Part shown: in pieces, positions 1 through 10,635 of the stretch
How the letters are laid out: each line of letters opens with the position of its first letter
Numbering within the stretch: the stretch's first letter is position 1
Assembly (NCBI RefSeq): GCF_000009705.1
Contig: NC_003272.1
Span: 300,001 to 332,000 of the forward strand
Direction of reading: 5' to 3'
From: Nostoc sp. PCC 7120 = FACHB-418
GTDB taxonomy: Bacteria > Cyanobacteriota > Cyanobacteriia > Cyanobacteriales > Nostocaceae
DNA length: 32,000 bases
Program-made: the position numbers and the translations under genes
The notes under the pieces: model-generated
What the model was told of the DNA's origin: nothing
The model's database searches: none
What the model saw: the letters and a program-made list of their open reading frames with translations, nothing else

Positions 1-3000
1 CACCCAACACCAATGTCAATGTCCAAATCACCGAGTATATGTACACTGGTGCTAATGGCGAATTTGTAGAGTTTACCAACCTTGGTACTACCCCAGTAGA
101 CTTTACTGGCTGGAGTTTTGATGACAATACTCGCATTGCTGGTTCCTTCAATCTCAGTGCATTTGGTATCGTCCAGCCTGGGGAGTCGGTAATTTTAACG
201 GAAACTGCGGCGGAGACATTCCGTACTGCGTGGAACCTACCCACCTCGGTAAAAATTATCGGTAACTCTAACCAAGGTTTGGGACGCGCTGATGAAATTA
301 ACCTGTATGACAGCACCGGCCAGCTAATAGACCGCCTCGCCTACAACGATGAAGTATTCACCGGGACTATTCGCACCCAAAACGCTAGTGGTTGGACGAC
401 AGCAGCGAATCTTGATGCTTTCGAGATTACTACCAACTGGCAGCTTTCTGCCATCAATGATGGTCAGAATTCCCGCTTGTCTACAGGTAATGATGTGGGT
501 AACCCAGGGACTTACATTCCTAACCCCGTATCCACTGTGGGCGCGCCGAAAATTACAGTTAATCCCAGTACAACGGACTTCCTGGATGGGCAAAACCTAC
601 CTGTTCCCTTACCCCAAATTGGTGCTGGTGCTATTAGTGGTGTCATTAATGATCCTACCGACCCAGCAAGGACATTGGGTATTAACTTCACCTTGAGTGA
701 TACTGACACCCCAGTTGAAAACCTGACAATCACAGTCACCAGCAGCAATCAGGCGGTTGTCCCTGATGCCAACCTGACCTTAACTGGTACTGGTGCAGAA
801 CGTAATCTAAAAATTAATCCTGCTGGTGTTGGTTTAGCAAATATTACTCTTACCGTGAGTGACGGTACACTCAGCAGTTCCTACATCATTAACTACGCCG
901 CCTCAGCCGGATCCGTTAGTCCCGATACCCGTTTCCTGACAGGGACAAGTGACGCTTCTAGTGCGATCGCTATTGATGCTAATTATATGTTCGTTGCCGA
1001 CGACGAAGACCAAACAATTCGGCTGTACGATCGCCGTAATTCTGGTTTACCACTAGCCAGCTTTGACTTTACCTCATTACTGGGCTTATCCGGTTCCAGT
1101 GAAGTAGATATCGAAGCCTCTACCCGCATTGGTAACACAATTTACTGGTCAGGTTCCCACAGCAACAACAGTAATGGTAACGATTCACCCAACCGGGAAC
1201 GGATTTTTGCCACCCAGATTTCTGGTACAGGGGCAAGTGCTACCCTGACATTCCAAGGTTACTATCAATTCCTCGAAGATGATTTAATTGCTTGGGATAA
1301 TAACAACGGTCACGGTTTGGGTGCTGGCTTTTTAGGGCTGGCTGAGAGTGCTGCAAATGGTGTATCGCCTGAAATTCGCAACGGTTTCAACATTGAAGGC
1401 TTGACAGTTGCACCCGATGGCAATACTGCTTATGTTTCCTTTCGTGCGCCCAATCAACCAACAAGCGATCGCACTAATGCCCTAATTATTCCTGTCACTA
1501 ATTTTACCAATATCCTGAATACCACAGGCGGCACATCTGGTGCTGCTAGCTTTGGTGCGCCCATCTTCTTAGACTTAGGTGGTCGTGGTGTCCGCAGTAT
1601 TGAGCGTAACTCTAGTAATCAATACTTAATTATTGCTGGCCCCCCTGGTGGTTCTACAGGAATAGCCCCCAATGATTTCCGTCTCTACACTTGGACTGGT
1701 AATGCTACTGATGCGCCTGTATTACGTATTTCTGATTTAACAGCATTGAATACTAACGGCAGTTTTGAATCCATTGTGGAAGTGCCAGATTCCCTCACCA
1801 ACAATACCCAGATTCAATTGCTGGTAGATAACGGTGATACCGTTTGGTACAACAACGGCACAATTTCCAAAGACTTAGCTCAAGATAACTTGCAAAAATT
1901 CCGTAGTGAAGTCATAACCCTTGGTTCTCCAATCCTCACTCTACCAGCCGGGGCAATTTCCCTCAATACTCCCTACTCTCAAGAGTTTAATAGTCTGATT
2001 AGTTCGGGTTCAGAAACCTGGACTGATAGCTCTACAATCGCTGGTTGGTATACTGCTAGAACCGGAACCGGCACAACCATTGTCGCCTCAACAGGAAGCA
2101 ACACCGCAGGTAATCTCTACAGCTTCGGTTTGGATAGTTCAGACCGTGCTTTAGGTTCTATCGGTTCAGGTAACGCAGCCGCAGGTACATTTTATTGGGG
2201 TAGCAGGTTTTTTAACGACACAGGTAATGTAGTTAATCAGCTGTATGTTAACTATTACGGTGAACAATGGCGTAGTGGTGGTACTACTTCTAATCCTCAA
2301 ACCGTTGATTTCCAATATCAAACCGGTGCAACAAGCTTAACTGGTGGTACTTGGGTAGATGTCAACAATCTAGATTTTACTAGTCTGATCAACAATACGA
2401 CTGCTGGCGCACTCAATGGTAATGCAAGTGCCAACCGCAATCTAATCTCCGGCACAATTAGCGGTTTATCTCTCAATCCTGGTGAAGAAATTTGGTTACG
2501 TTGGGTCGATATTGACCATCCAGGTACTGATCATGGTTTGAGTATTGATGATGTAAAAGTTTCCACTGCCCCATTACCTAGCATCACCTTAATTGAGTCT
2601 GGTAGTAGCACCAACGTTACTGAAGGTGGGGCAACGGATACCTACACCATCGTCCTAAATACCCAGCCCACAGCCAACGTTACTGTCACCATTAACCCTG
2701 ATTCTCAAACTACTACTAGTGTCAATACTCTCACCTTTACCCCTGCTAACTGGAATACGCCCCAAACTGTAACGATAACCGCAGTTAATGATGACCTAGT
2801 AGAAGGCACACACACTAGTATTATTAACCACAGTGTTACCAGCACTGATAGCAACTACAACGGTATTAACATTGGCTCAGTCACTGCCACAATTACCGAT
2901 AATGATGTTGCCCTCACCATTACCAAAATTCACCAAATTCAAGGTAGTGGTACAGCCTTTAACTCTGCTTTTGGTGGCATTCGCACAATTGAAGGTGTTG

Positions 3001-5573
3001 TGGTTGCTGCATTCCCTGGTGGTTCAGGTTTGAATGGCTTTTTCGTCCAAGAAGAAGATGCAGATACCGATAATGACTCTACAACTTCTGAAGGTATCTT
3101 TGTTTTCGACCCCACCGGCCAGTTCTCTGGTAGCGTCGGTGATAAAGTCCGGGTGACTGGCAGTGTGAGCGAATTTAGCACTAACAACGGTGTCAGCAGC
3201 CTTACCCAACTTTCTAGCGTCAGCAGCATCATCAACTTGGGTGCAGACATACTACCGAAAATGAGTAATATCCAGTTACCTGTGACGACTGTCGCAGATT
3301 TGGAACGCTACGAAGGGATGCGGGTAAATATCAGTGCTGGTAATGGGGATTTAACTGTTACCGAACATTTTCAACTCGGTCGCTTCGGTCAGGTAGTTCT
3401 CTCCGCAACTGGTACTAGTAACCAACCAGGTACGGATGGCAGGCTGGAACAATACACCCAATTTAATGACCCCAGTGTTGCTGGCTACGCTGCTTATTTA
3501 GATGAGATTGCCAAACGACGGATTATCTTAGATGACGGTAGCAGCACACAAAACCCTGCAACCATTATCTTTGGTCGTGGTGGTGAACCCTTAAGTGCTA
3601 CCAACACCTTACGGGGTGGTGATACCGTTGCTAGTATCACCGGCGTTTTAGACCAACGCTTTGAAGGATACCGCGTTCAAACCTCAACTGGCGTAGACTT
3701 TACACCAGCCAATCCTCGTCCAGCAACCACACCAGATGTAGGCGGTACACTCAAGGTTGCCAGCTTTAACGTTCTGAATTACTTCAACGGTGATGGTACT
3801 GGTAGCGGCTTCACCAGTCCTGAACAAAGGGGTGCAGAAAACCTGACTGAGTTCAACCGCCAGCGTGAAAAGACAATTGCGGCTATTCTGGGGTTAAATG
3901 CCGATGTTGTAGGTCTGATTGAAATCGAAAATGATGGTTACGGTGCTAATAGTGCCATTCAAGATTTAATTAATGGACTCAATGCTGTTGCCGGTGCGGG
4001 TACTTATGCGTTTATTAATCCAGGACTGTCTCAACTCGGTACGGATGCGATCGCCGTTGGTTTTATCTATAAACCTAATAGTGTCACTCCTGTGGGTGTA
4101 GCCGCCACGGTCGCCGATGGCTTTGGTCAAGGTGCGTTTGATAACAATAACCGTAAACCCCTAGCCCAAACTTTCCGACAAAACTCCACAGGTGAACAGT
4201 TCACAGCCGTCATCAATCACTTTAAATCTAAGGGTTCAAGTTCTGGAAATCCTGGTGATGCTGACGCTGGTGATGGTCAAGGTTTATCTAATGGGACTCG
4301 GACTCGCGCATCCCAAGATTTGGCAGCATGGTTAGCGACAAATCCCACAGGGACTACTGACACAGATTACCTCATTCTCGGCGACCTCAACGCCTACGCC
4401 CAGGAAGACCCAATCAGGGCTTTGGAAAATGCCGGATATAACAACCTGTTGCCAAATACCACCTATTCCTATGTTTTTGATGGTCAATGGGGTGCTTTAG
4501 ACCATGCTTTAGCTAATGCCTCACTGGCTTCACAAGTAAGTACTGCTGTCAAGTGGCATATTAATGCTGATGAACCCAATGTTCTCGACTACAACACCAA
4601 CTTCAAGTCAGTAGGACAACAAACCAGCTTATACAGTCCTGATGCTTTCCGTTCCTCAGACCATGACCCAGTGATTGTAGGGCTGAATTTAAACACTGCA
4701 CCCATAGCTGTGAATGATATAGCCACGACCAATGAAAACACTGCTGTCAACATTAACGTCCTAACTAATGACAGTGATGTGAATGGTGATTCTTTACAAC
4801 TGAGTTTGGTATCTAACCCTGTCAACGGTGTTGCTGTTGTCAATGACAATGGTACACCAGGTAACTTTGCTGATGACTTTATTACCTACACTCCCAATAC
4901 TGGCTACCTTGGCAATGACAGTTTCACTTATAGTATCAGTGATGGTAAAGGTGGCACAGCAACAGCAACTGTGAGTCTGACTATCAATGCTAGTGGCGGC
5001 ATTATTGGTACTCCAGATAACGATATTCTCACAGGTACTAATAGGAATGATCTCATCCGGGGTTTGGGTGGTAACGATTTATTAATAGGTGGTAACGGTA
5101 ACGATACCCTATATGGTGACAGAGGCAAAGATATCTTACTAGGTGGTAACGGTAACGACACCCTGTATGGTGGTGACGACAATGATACCTTAATCGGTGG
5201 TAATGGAGATGATCTGTTAGTTGGTGGTAAGGGAAATGACTTATTAATTGGCGGTAACGGCCGCGATCGCTTCTATTTAAGTGATACTAGAACTGGAGAG
5301 TTTGATATAATCACTGATTTTAAAGTCGGGCAAGACACAATCTTGATTCCCAGGGCAGAATTTGGACTCAGCCAAGCTTTAGGTACACTTGATCCTGCAC
5401 TCTTCCGCCTCGGTAGTCATGCGACAACAGCAAGCGATCGCTTCATTTACAACAATATTACAGGTCAACTGTTTTTTGATGAAGATGGCATTGGCAGCAC
5501 AGCCAAAATTCAAATAGGTTTTTTGTCTAATAAACCGACAATCATTAGTAGCAGTATTACTATAGCTGCATGA
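1..5573 (+). CDS. Giant secreted multidomain extracellular nuclease, ExeM/NucH-like (lamin-tail domain, Ig/Calx-beta-like modules, endonuclease/exonuclease/phosphatase core, cadherin-like domain, RTX Ca-binding repeats); 5'-partial
   Basis: The ORF track gives 39..5573, but the same frame is open back to nt 3 ([12 protein letters not shown] precedes the listed Met). That upstream stretch supplies the first strand of the lamin-tail-domain motif [33 protein letters not shown], so the true start lies left of the window. The EEP nuclease core is at about 3745..4695 ([47 protein letters not shown]). A Calx-beta/Ig-like module is at about 2580..2900 ([17 protein letters not shown]...[12 protein letters not shown]). 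A cadherin-like module is at about 4700..4990 ([30 protein letters not shown]). RTX nonapeptides span 5007..5273. The stop is TGA at 5571..5573. Confidence 0.85.
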   Translation, partial: PNTNVNVQITEYMYTGANGEFVEFTNLGTTPVDFTGWSFDDNTRIAGSFNLSAFGIVQPGESVILTETAAETFRTAWNLPTSVKIIGNSNQGLGRADEINLYDSTGQLIDRLAYNDEVFTGTIRTQNASGWTTAANLDAFEITTNWQLSAINDGQNSRLSTGNDVGNPGTYIPNPVSTVGAPKITVNPSTTDFLDGQNLPVPLPQIGAGAISGVINDPTDPARTLGINFTLSDTDTPVENLTITVTSSNQAVVPDANLTLTGTGAERNLKINPAGVGLANITLTVSDGTLSSSYIINYAASAGSVSPDTRFLTGTSDASSAIAIDANYMFVADDEDQTIRLYDRRNSGLPLASFDFTSLLGLSGSSEVDIEASTRIGNTIYWSGSHSNNSNGNDSPNRERIFATQISGTGASATLTFQGYYQFLEDDLIAWDNNNGHGLGAGFLGLAESAANGVSPEIRNGFNIEGLTVAPDGNTAYVSFRAPNQPTSDRTNALIIPVTNFTNILNTTGGTSGAASFGAPIFLDLGGRGVRSIERNSSNQYLIIAGPPGGSTGIAPNDFRLYTWTGNATDAPVLRISDLTALNTNGSFESIVEVPDSLTNNTQIQLLVDNGDTVWYNNGTISKDLAQDNLQKFRSEVITLGSPILTLPAGAISLNTPYSQEFNSLISSGSETWTDSSTIAGWYTARTGTGTTIVASTGSNTAGNLYSFGLDSSDRALGSIGSGNAAAGTFYWGSRFFNDTGNVVNQLYVNYYGEQWRSGGTTSNPQTVDFQYQTGATSLTGGTWVDVNNLDFTSLINNTTAGALNGNASANRNLISGTISGLSLNPGEEIWLRWVDIDHPGTDHGLSIDDVKVSTAPLPSITLIESGSSTNVTEGGATDTYTIVLNTQPTANVTVTINPDSQTTTSVNTLTFTPANWNTPQTVTITAVNDDLVEGTHTSIINHSVTSTDSNYNGINIGSVTATITDNDVALTITKIHQIQGSGTAFNSAFGGIRTIEGVVVAAFPGGSGLNGFFVQEEDADTDNDSTTSEGIFVFDPTGQFSGSVGDKVRVTGSVSEFSTNNGVSSLTQLSSVSSIINLGADILPKMSNIQLPVTTVADLERYEGMRVNISAGNGDLTVTEHFQLGRFGQVVLSATGTSNQPGTDGRLEQYTQFNDPSVAGYAAYLDEIAKRRIILDDGSSTQNPATIIFGRGGEPLSATNTLRGGDTVASITGVLDQRFEGYRVQTSTGVDFTPANPRPATTPDVGGTLKVASFNVLNYFNGDGTGSGFTSPEQRGAENLTEFNRQREKTIAAILGLNADVVGLIEIENDGYGANSAIQDLINGLNAVAGAGTYAFINPGLSQLGTDAIAVGFIYKPNSVTPVGVAATVADGFGQGAFDNNNRKPLAQTFRQNSTGEQFTAVINHFKSKGSSSGNPGDADAGDGQGLSNGTRTRASQDLAAWLATNPTGTTDTDYLILGDLNAYAQEDPIRALENAGYNNLLPNTTYSYVFDGQWGALDHALANASLASQVSTAVKWHINADEPNVLDYNTNFKSVGQQTSLYSPDAFRSSDHDPVIVGLNLNTAPIAVNDIATTNENTAVNINVLTNDSDVNGDSLQLSLVSNPVNGVAVVNDNGTPGNFADDFITYTPNTGYLGNDSFTYSISDGKGGTATATVSLTINASGGIIGTPDNDILTGTNRNDLIRGLGGNDLLIGGNGNDTLYGDRGKDILLGGNGNDTLYGGDDNDTLIGGNGDDLLVGGKGNDLLIGGNGRDRFYLSDTRTGEFDIITDFKVGQDTILIPRAEFGLSQALGTLDPALFRLGSHATTASDRFIYNNITGQLFFDEDGIGSTAKIQIGFLSNKPTIISSSITIAA
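5007..5273 (+). repeat. RTX (hemolysin-type) Ca-binding nonapeptide repeat array, coding
   Basis: Consecutive GGxGxDxL/I units: [80 protein letters not shown]. The C-terminal position is typical of type I secretion substrates. Confidence 0.85.
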
Positions 5574-5707
5574 ATCAATTCAAAATACCCTACGGGAAGC
5601 GCAAGCGCTACAAAATTAAAGACAGCCACCCACAAGGGGCGTTAGCCTAACGGGATGCAAGTCCGGTTTTTTAACCTAACTTTTTCTCGTAAACTTTCCG
5701 TTTAAAC

Positions 5708-5740
5708 AACCCCAGTTTTTTTTAACAAACTGGGGTTTTA
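5708..5740 (+). terminator. Rho-independent terminator-like hairpin downstream of the nuclease gene
   Basis: A perfect 10-bp stem, aaccccagtt (5708..5717) pairing with aactggggtt (5728..5737), encloses a 10-nt loop and is followed by a T-rich tail (ttta gttt). Confidence 0.6.
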
Positions 5741-6020
5741 GTTTATGTATGTATTTCCCAGCAGAAATAACTGAGTTTGTTATCAGGAATAAATATTATA
5801 CAGAGAATATTTTTCATTGAATAAATAAAAATACTTATAACAGAGATAACTTATAAATCATGCGTACAAACACTGAACGGCAGAGTCAGCCCCCTGGTAA
5901 GTTCAGTGAAACGACGATGGTTTATTCAGGCGCTACTAAGGAAAATAATGACAGCTTTGAAGAACATATTACGCAACTCCAATTTGGTGAAAAAAGGAGT
6001 TACCACAAGGGAATTTTTAT

Positions 6021-6806
6021 ATGGCAGCAAGTGAGTCCTCTATGCAAACTGATGGTATGGAGTTATTGCGCTCATACCACCATAATCCTTCTATTAAACT
6101 TCGTAACAGACTGGTTCAATTACACACCGGCTTAGTAAGAAAAATGGCTCATAAATTTAGCCATCAATGTAATGAACCTTATGAAGATTTGGAACAAATT
6201 GGTTATTTTGGTTTAATCAGAGCTATAGAACGTTTTGATCCCAGTCAAGGGTATGCTTTTAGTTCCTTTGCTGTGCCATATATTAGAGGTGAAATGCTGC
6301 ATTTTCTCCGCGATCGCAGTACGCTATTAAAAATTCCTCGTCGTTGGCAAGAATTATATAACGAAGGACAAAAAGTCCGTAAAGAATTATCAATATCTCT
6401 AGGTCGTCCGCCCAAGGATGCTGAAATTGCCAAGTACCTCAAGGTATCTGTGCAAGAATGGCAAGAAACTAAGTTGGCTGCCCAAAATCGGATGCCTTTA
6501 AGTTTAGATGCTACGGCAGTACACTATGTAGATTGCCAAATTACCTTAGGTGAAGCCCTTCCTTGTCCTCGAACAATTGCCCAACAACAACAGGATGAAG
6601 AACGGCAACAACTGCAAGGGGCAATTAGTATGCTAGAGGAAAAGCCCCGCCAAGCCGTGGAAATGGTCTTCTTGAAAGAACTTTCTCGCAAAGATGCTGC
6701 TAAAAACATCGGTACTAGTCCTATGACGGTAACGAGGTATTTGCAAAAGGGTATTCAAGATTTAATTTGTTATTTACAACCACAAGTAATGCCTACTGGT
6801 TCATAG
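6021..6806 (+). CDS. Group-3 (SigF/SigJ-type) sigma-70 family RNA polymerase sigma factor
   Basis: 261 aa. Region 2 is YEDLEQIGYFGLIRAIERFDPSQGYAFSSFAVPYIRGEMLHFLRDRS. The region 4.2 HTH is LSRKDAAKNIGTSPMTVTRYLQKGIQDL. The short N-terminus lacks region 1.1, as in cyanobacterial group-3 sigmas. An alternative ATG exists at 6045. Confidence 0.85.
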   Translation: MAASESSMQTDGMELLRSYHHNPSIKLRNRLVQLHTGLVRKMAHKFSHQCNEPYEDLEQIGYFGLIRAIERFDPSQGYAFSSFAVPYIRGEMLHFLRDRSTLLKIPRRWQELYNEGQKVRKELSISLGRPPKDAEIAKYLKVSVQEWQETKLAAQNRMPLSLDATAVHYVDCQITLGEALPCPRTIAQQQQDEERQQLQGAISMLEEKPRQAVEMVFLKELSRKDAAKNIGTSPMTVTRYLQKGIQDLICYLQPQVMPTGS

Positions 6807-6832
6807 TCAAAAGCCCATAGTCCAGAGTTTAT

Positions 6833-6867
6833 TGACTCACGACTAATGACTATTGACCAGTCACTAT
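6833..6867. repeat. STRR-like heptanucleotide tandem repeat in the convergent sigma/chlD spacer
   Basis: Five consecutive 7-mers: tgactca cgactaa tgactat tgaccag tcactat. They resemble the complement of the STRR2 unit TTGGTCA known from heterocystous cyanobacteria. Confidence 0.6.
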
Positions 6868-8904
6868 CTACCGAGATTTTAAATCAGCGATCGCCCCTTT
6901 AGTCATAGCAGCAATGGCTTTATCGGTGGCTTTAGGTAGATGATAATATTTGCCTCCTGAGGTTTTCGCTAATTCTTTAGCAAAGCCGGTAGAGACAAAT
7001 TTACTTTCGGTATCGATAACTAGTAACTGCATCCCCAAAGCCCGGATTCTGGCGGCGATGTCTAATAGTTCCGCTTTGATATCTGGTTTTTCTCCGGATT
7101 CTTGTGGTTCACCCAAAGAACGTGATAGAGGAATATTACCCCGGCCGTCGGTGATAGCTACAATGACAACTTGCCCAATATCTCCACCCATTTGGGCATT
7201 GACACCGACGCGTACAGCTTGGGTTAAGCCATGAGCTAGGGGCGAACCACCACCACAGGGTAATCTTTCCAGTCGGTTCCGTGCTAAGGCAATAGAACGA
7301 GTTGGTGGTAGTAATACCTCTGCTTGTTCTCCCCGGAAGGGAATCAAAGCTACTTGGTCACGGTTTTGATAAGCTTCGGTGAGTAGTTGCATCACCGCAC
7401 CTTTCGCGGACTGCATCCGATTTAAGGCCATTGAGCCAGAAGCATCTACCACAAAAACAACCAACGCCCCGGCTTTGCGTACCAAGCGTTTTGAGCGAAT
7501 GTCACCTTGCTCAACAATAACTTTTTTATCAGGCTGTCTTTCTCGTCGTGCTTTTTGATAGGGTGCAGCTGCCCTGAGGGTGGCATCTACAGCAATGCGT
7601 CGCACTTTCCCCTTAGGCAACATAGGCTTAATATAGCGCCCCCGGTCGTCGGAAAAGATGATACTCCGACTACCAGATTTACCTTGGCGTTGTGCCATCT
7701 GAGCAAAATACAGGACGCTGTTATCCAGAATTACCCCTTCTGGGTCGAAGATAAATTCTTCGGGAATATCAGGGGGTTCTTGCTGTTCTTGTTCCTCTGG
7801 TTTATCTTCGTTGTTTTCCTGTTCTTCTTCTTGTTCTTCCTCTGACTCGTCCTGACTTTGTGGTGGTGGTGGCGGGGGTGGTGGCGGTGGCTGGTCTGGT
7901 GGTGGTGTCTGGATAACTGTTGCTCGTGGTACAATTACCAACTCCACCGCTCGCCGCAAATCTTCAGCGTTGACGGTTGTCCGCCCTTCTAAAGCCGCCG
8001 CCGCTTTGGCAACCCGCACAGCAAATAACTCAGCACGATGACCTTGGACAACGCCGCGAATGGCTTCGTCTACTAAGTAGGTTATTTGTTCTTGAGTGAT
8101 GGTGACTTCCTTCAACCATTCCCGCGCCAAGATAATTTGGGTTTTGAGTGAGTCTAAATCTTCGTTGTATTGCTGGAGAAAATCTTGGGGGGATTTGGAA
8201 TAGGCGATCGCTTGTTCTACTGCTTCTACTCTTTGGTCTAGTCCGAGAACACCGTCAGCCGAAAGAGCGATCGCAATTCTATCTAATAAGTGTTCCCGTA
8301 ATGCGCCTTCTTCGGGGTTGTAGGTGGCGATAAATAGCGATTTGCAAGGATGCTGAAAACTAATCCCCTCGCGCTCAATTTGGTTACGACCTTCCGAGAG
8401 GACTGTTAATAGTTGGTTGGATATTTGGTCATCTAATAAATTGATTTCATCCACATACAGCACACCCCGGTTAGCTGTGGCGAGTAAACCTGGCTGAAAT
8501 ATGGTGTCTCCTTGCTTGACCGACTGTTCCACATCCACAGAACCCAGGAGTCGGTCTTCTGTCACACCAAGGGGAATCTGCACAAAAGGCGAGGGGATAA
8601 TTTCCGTGGGGACATCTTGAATATTCTTGTCAGCGTACTCCGCCAATAGATAATCATCCCATTCTTCTGGGTGGTTGGGGTCGCAATTGCTCAATGAGCC
8701 TTTAACAACTTCGATGGGTGGGAGTAGGGCGTGGATAGCACGAGCCATTACAGATTTTGCCGTACCACGACGACCTGCGATCGCTACTCCCCCCAAACCA
8801 GGATCGACTGCTGCTAACAGCAACGCTAGTTTGATGGCTTCTTGACCGACTACGGCTGTCAAGGGAAAAGCAGTAATTGTGGGATTAATAGTAGGCGCAG
8901 GCAT
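6868..8904 (-). CDS. chlD: Magnesium chelatase subunit D
   Basis: 678 aa with the diagnostic tripartite layout. The N-terminal AAA+ module carries [10 protein letters not shown] and [13 protein letters not shown] central Pro-rich/acidic linker reads [34 protein letters not shown]. The C-terminal von Willebrand A domain has a MIDAS-type motif ([11 protein letters not shown]). Confidence 0.95.
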   Translation of the reverse strand: MPAPTINPTITAFPLTAVVGQEAIKLALLLAAVDPGLGGVAIAGRRGTAKSVMARAIHALLPPIEVVKGSLSNCDPNHPEEWDDYLLAEYADKNIQDVPTEIIPSPFVQIPLGVTEDRLLGSVDVEQSVKQGDTIFQPGLLATANRGVLYVDEINLLDDQISNQLLTVLSEGRNQIEREGISFQHPCKSLFIATYNPEEGALREHLLDRIAIALSADGVLGLDQRVEAVEQAIAYSKSPQDFLQQYNEDLDSLKTQIILAREWLKEVTITQEQITYLVDEAIRGVVQGHRAELFAVRVAKAAAALEGRTTVNAEDLRRAVELVIVPRATVIQTPPPDQPPPPPPPPPPQSQDESEEEQEEEQENNEDKPEEQEQQEPPDIPEEFIFDPEGVILDNSVLYFAQMAQRQGKSGSRSIIFSDDRGRYIKPMLPKGKVRRIAVDATLRAAAPYQKARRERQPDKKVIVEQGDIRSKRLVRKAGALVVFVVDASGSMALNRMQSAKGAVMQLLTEAYQNRDQVALIPFRGEQAEVLLPPTRSIALARNRLERLPCGGGSPLAHGLTQAVRVGVNAQMGGDIGQVVIVAITDGRGNIPLSRSLGEPQESGEKPDIKAELLDIAARIRALGMQLLVIDTESKFVSTGFAKELAKTSGGKYYHLPKATDKAIAAMTKGAIADLKSR

Positions 8905-9011
8905 TGGTTTGCAAAATAGCTAGTCTCGGCTTTTAGCATATCAATTTCTGGCACATTTAGAATAAGGGTGATGAGGATAAAGGCTTTGTATTACCCTTGG
9001 GAGAAAAATCT

Positions 9012-9596
9012 ATGAGTATCGCTCAAGCTAAACGCTTCACCCTCGATGAGTACCAAAAACTCACGGAATTGGGCTTTTTCCACGAAGATGACCACATTGA
9101 GTTAATTAACGGGGAGCTGATACAAATGGTATCCAAGGGTAAAGCCCATGAGACTTGCTTACGCAAGTTATTACGAGAACTACCTAAGTTAGTCGGTGAT
9201 AGGGCTACTTTACAGTCCCAAGCCCCGATTACTTTACCGCCTAACAGCGAACCAGAACCGGATTTTGCCATTGTTAAAAACCGAGATGACAATTATCTAT
9301 CTGCTCACCCTAGCCCTGATGATGTGTTGCTAGTGATAGAAGTTGCTGATTCTTCTTTGAGTTATGACCAAGATATTAAAATATCTCTCTATGCTAAAGC
9401 AGGTATTGCGGATTATTGGATATTCAATTTATTTGATAATTATTTGGAATCTTACAGCCAACCTTATCAAGACAGCCAAGGAAAACACGGATATCTTAAT
9501 AAGAGAATTGTCTTACCTAATCAGGTGATATCCCTACCATGTTTCCCCGATTTGTCTCTGGATTTAAATAAAATATTTCCACCTTCTCGGCAATAA
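9012..9596 (+). CDS. Uma2 (DUF820) family putative endonuclease
   Basis: FTLDEYQKLTELGFF...IELINGELIQM...EPEPDFAIV...LLVIEVADSSLSYDQDIKISLYAKAGIADYWIFN matches the PD-(D/E)xK-like Uma2 pattern that is abundant in cyanobacteria. The ORF-track start at 8997 is a TTG. The ATG at 9012 has a GGAGA about 7 nt upstream, so I prefer it. Confidence 0.8.
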   Translation: MSIAQAKRFTLDEYQKLTELGFFHEDDHIELINGELIQMVSKGKAHETCLRKLLRELPKLVGDRATLQSQAPITLPPNSEPEPDFAIVKNRDDNYLSAHPSPDDVLLVIEVADSSLSYDQDIKISLYAKAGIADYWIFNLFDNYLESYSQPYQDSQGKHGYLNKRIVLPNQVISLPCFPDLSLDLNKIFPPSRQ

Positions 9597-9609
9597 TATA
9601 AAGATAAAG

Positions 9610-10296
9610 ATGTACAAACTTTTAATGTTTCGTGATGATAAACTTTTACGCCGCGCCCTTACCCATCGTTCTTATGTAAATGAAAATCCAGAAGAAGGCG
9701 AACATAATGAACGCTTAGAATTTCTTGGTGATGCGATATTGAATTTTTTAAGTGGTGAGTATCTCTATCGCAGTCACCCTGACAGGGGAGAAGATGAATT
9801 AACGCGACGGCGTTCGGCGTTGGTAGACGAAAAGCAACTAGCAAAATTTGCTATTGAGGTAGGTTTAGATTTTAAAATGCGCCTGGGGAAAGGTGCTATT
9901 CGAGATGGCGGTTATCAAAATCCTAATTTACTTAGCAGCACCTTTGAAGCGGTGATTGGTGCTTATTATCTAGATAATAATTCCAATATTGAAGCTGTAC
10001 GCGCAATTATAGAACCTTTATTTGAATCTGTACCCGAACAAATTGTAGTTGTTCGCTCTAATGTAGACTCAAAAAATCGGTTTCAGGAATGGGTACAACG
10101 AAACATCGGCCCAACTCCTCCCAAATACTTAACAGAACAAATAGGTGGTTTTTCTCATGCCCCAGAGTTTAAGGCTACGGTTTTAGTAGGAGAAAAAGAA
10201 TATGGTGAAGGTATAGGTAAAAATAAAAAAGATGCTGAGAAAGCAGCAGCCGAAAATGCTTTAGCTAATTTGAATAAGCAAGAATTATTACCATGA
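9610..10296 (+). CDS. rnc: Ribonuclease III
   Basis: 228 aa. The RNase III signature is NERLEFLGDAILNFLSGEY, and the second catalytic segment is STFEAVIGAYYLD. A C-terminal dsRNA-binding domain is present (KNRFQEWVQR...GIGKNKKDAEKAAAENALANL). Confidence 0.9.
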   Translation: MYKLLMFRDDKLLRRALTHRSYVNENPEEGEHNERLEFLGDAILNFLSGEYLYRSHPDRGEDELTRRRSALVDEKQLAKFAIEVGLDFKMRLGKGAIRDGGYQNPNLLSSTFEAVIGAYYLDNNSNIEAVRAIIEPLFESVPEQIVVVRSNVDSKNRFQEWVQRNIGPTPPKYLTEQIGGFSHAPEFKATVLVGEKEYGEGIGKNKKDAEKAAAENALANLNKQELLP

Positions 10297-10378
10297 ATAT
10301 ACTCGAACATACCTACAAGATATATTTATCATGATGCTGTCAAGAATACCTTAATCCGTATTTCGTTACTCTTGATAG

Positions 10379-10407
10379 CGGGTTTTGGAGGGCAATGCCC
10401 ACCCTAC
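10379..10407. repeat. Short dispersed palindromic repeat (GGGCAATGCCCACCCTAC family), possibly also the rnc terminator hairpin
   Basis: cgggttttggagggcaatgcccaccctac is followed by a T-rich run (atttttgatattttttta). The same core recurs at 22465..22510 and, diverged and inverted, at 21942..21994. Confidence 0.45.
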
Positions 10408-10524
10408 ATTTTTGATATTTTTTTATCTGGAAGTCACTAAATAAACTCAATTAACGTCCAGAGAAGATTTCCAGTCGCTCGTTTAGCGGTATGCCAACAA
10501 TGTACGGATTATCAATTAGATGAC

Positions 10525-10635
10525 TTATGGTTCTAAGATAATGATTTCTACGGCTTCGCCTGCCTGAAATGGTAAATTTGTCAGCACTAAGATTCCGTCT
10601 TCGGTTAATGTTGTTTCAACTCGATGCGCTTTCAT
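10525..10635 (-). CDS. 36-aa micro-ORF overlapping the stop of the upstream 162-aa ORF by ATGA (hypothetical; sequence style reminiscent of small cyanobacterial antitoxin-like proteins)
   Basis: My own translation of the minus strand is MKAHRVETTLTEDGILVLTNLPFQAGEAVEIIILEP, followed by stop. Its ATG (10635..10633) overlaps the TGA (10634..10632) of the 162-aa ORF. It falls below the ORF-track length cutoff. Confidence 0.3.
   Translation of the reverse strand: MKAHRVETTLTEDGILVLTNLPFQAGEAVEIIILEP

Noticed and set aside
5580-5660. ctacgggaagcgcaagcgctac and the neighbouring cgttagcctaacg, considered as a small RNA gene or known dispersed repeat.
   Set aside because: The stems are too short (loops of 1-3 nt). 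I saw no second copy in the window and no tRNA-like T-loop or anticodon architecture.
5860-6135. A 91-aa ORF upstream of, and overlapping, the sigma factor start.
   Set aside because: It has no motifs and overlaps the sigma gene out of frame. It lies in the AT-rich promoter and leader region. I cannot exclude a leader peptide, but nothing supports one.
7731-7934. His/Lys-rich 67-aa and Phe-rich 112-aa ORFs (7507..7845), and the apparent simple repeat ggtggtggtggcggggg.
   Set aside because: This is the alternative-frame or antisense reading of the Pro-rich and acidic linker that is a normal, diagnostic part of ChlD. It is not an independent gene or a mobile repeat.
6868-8904. The AAA+ plus von Willebrand A protein could have been a MoxR-vWA type conflict-system component adjacent to the STAND genes.
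   Set aside because: The single-polypeptide AAA+/Pro-acidic linker/VWA layout and the N-terminal sequence are those of Mg-chelatase subunit D, a housekeeping chlorophyll-biosynthesis gene. It is also separated from the STAND block by two unrelated genes.
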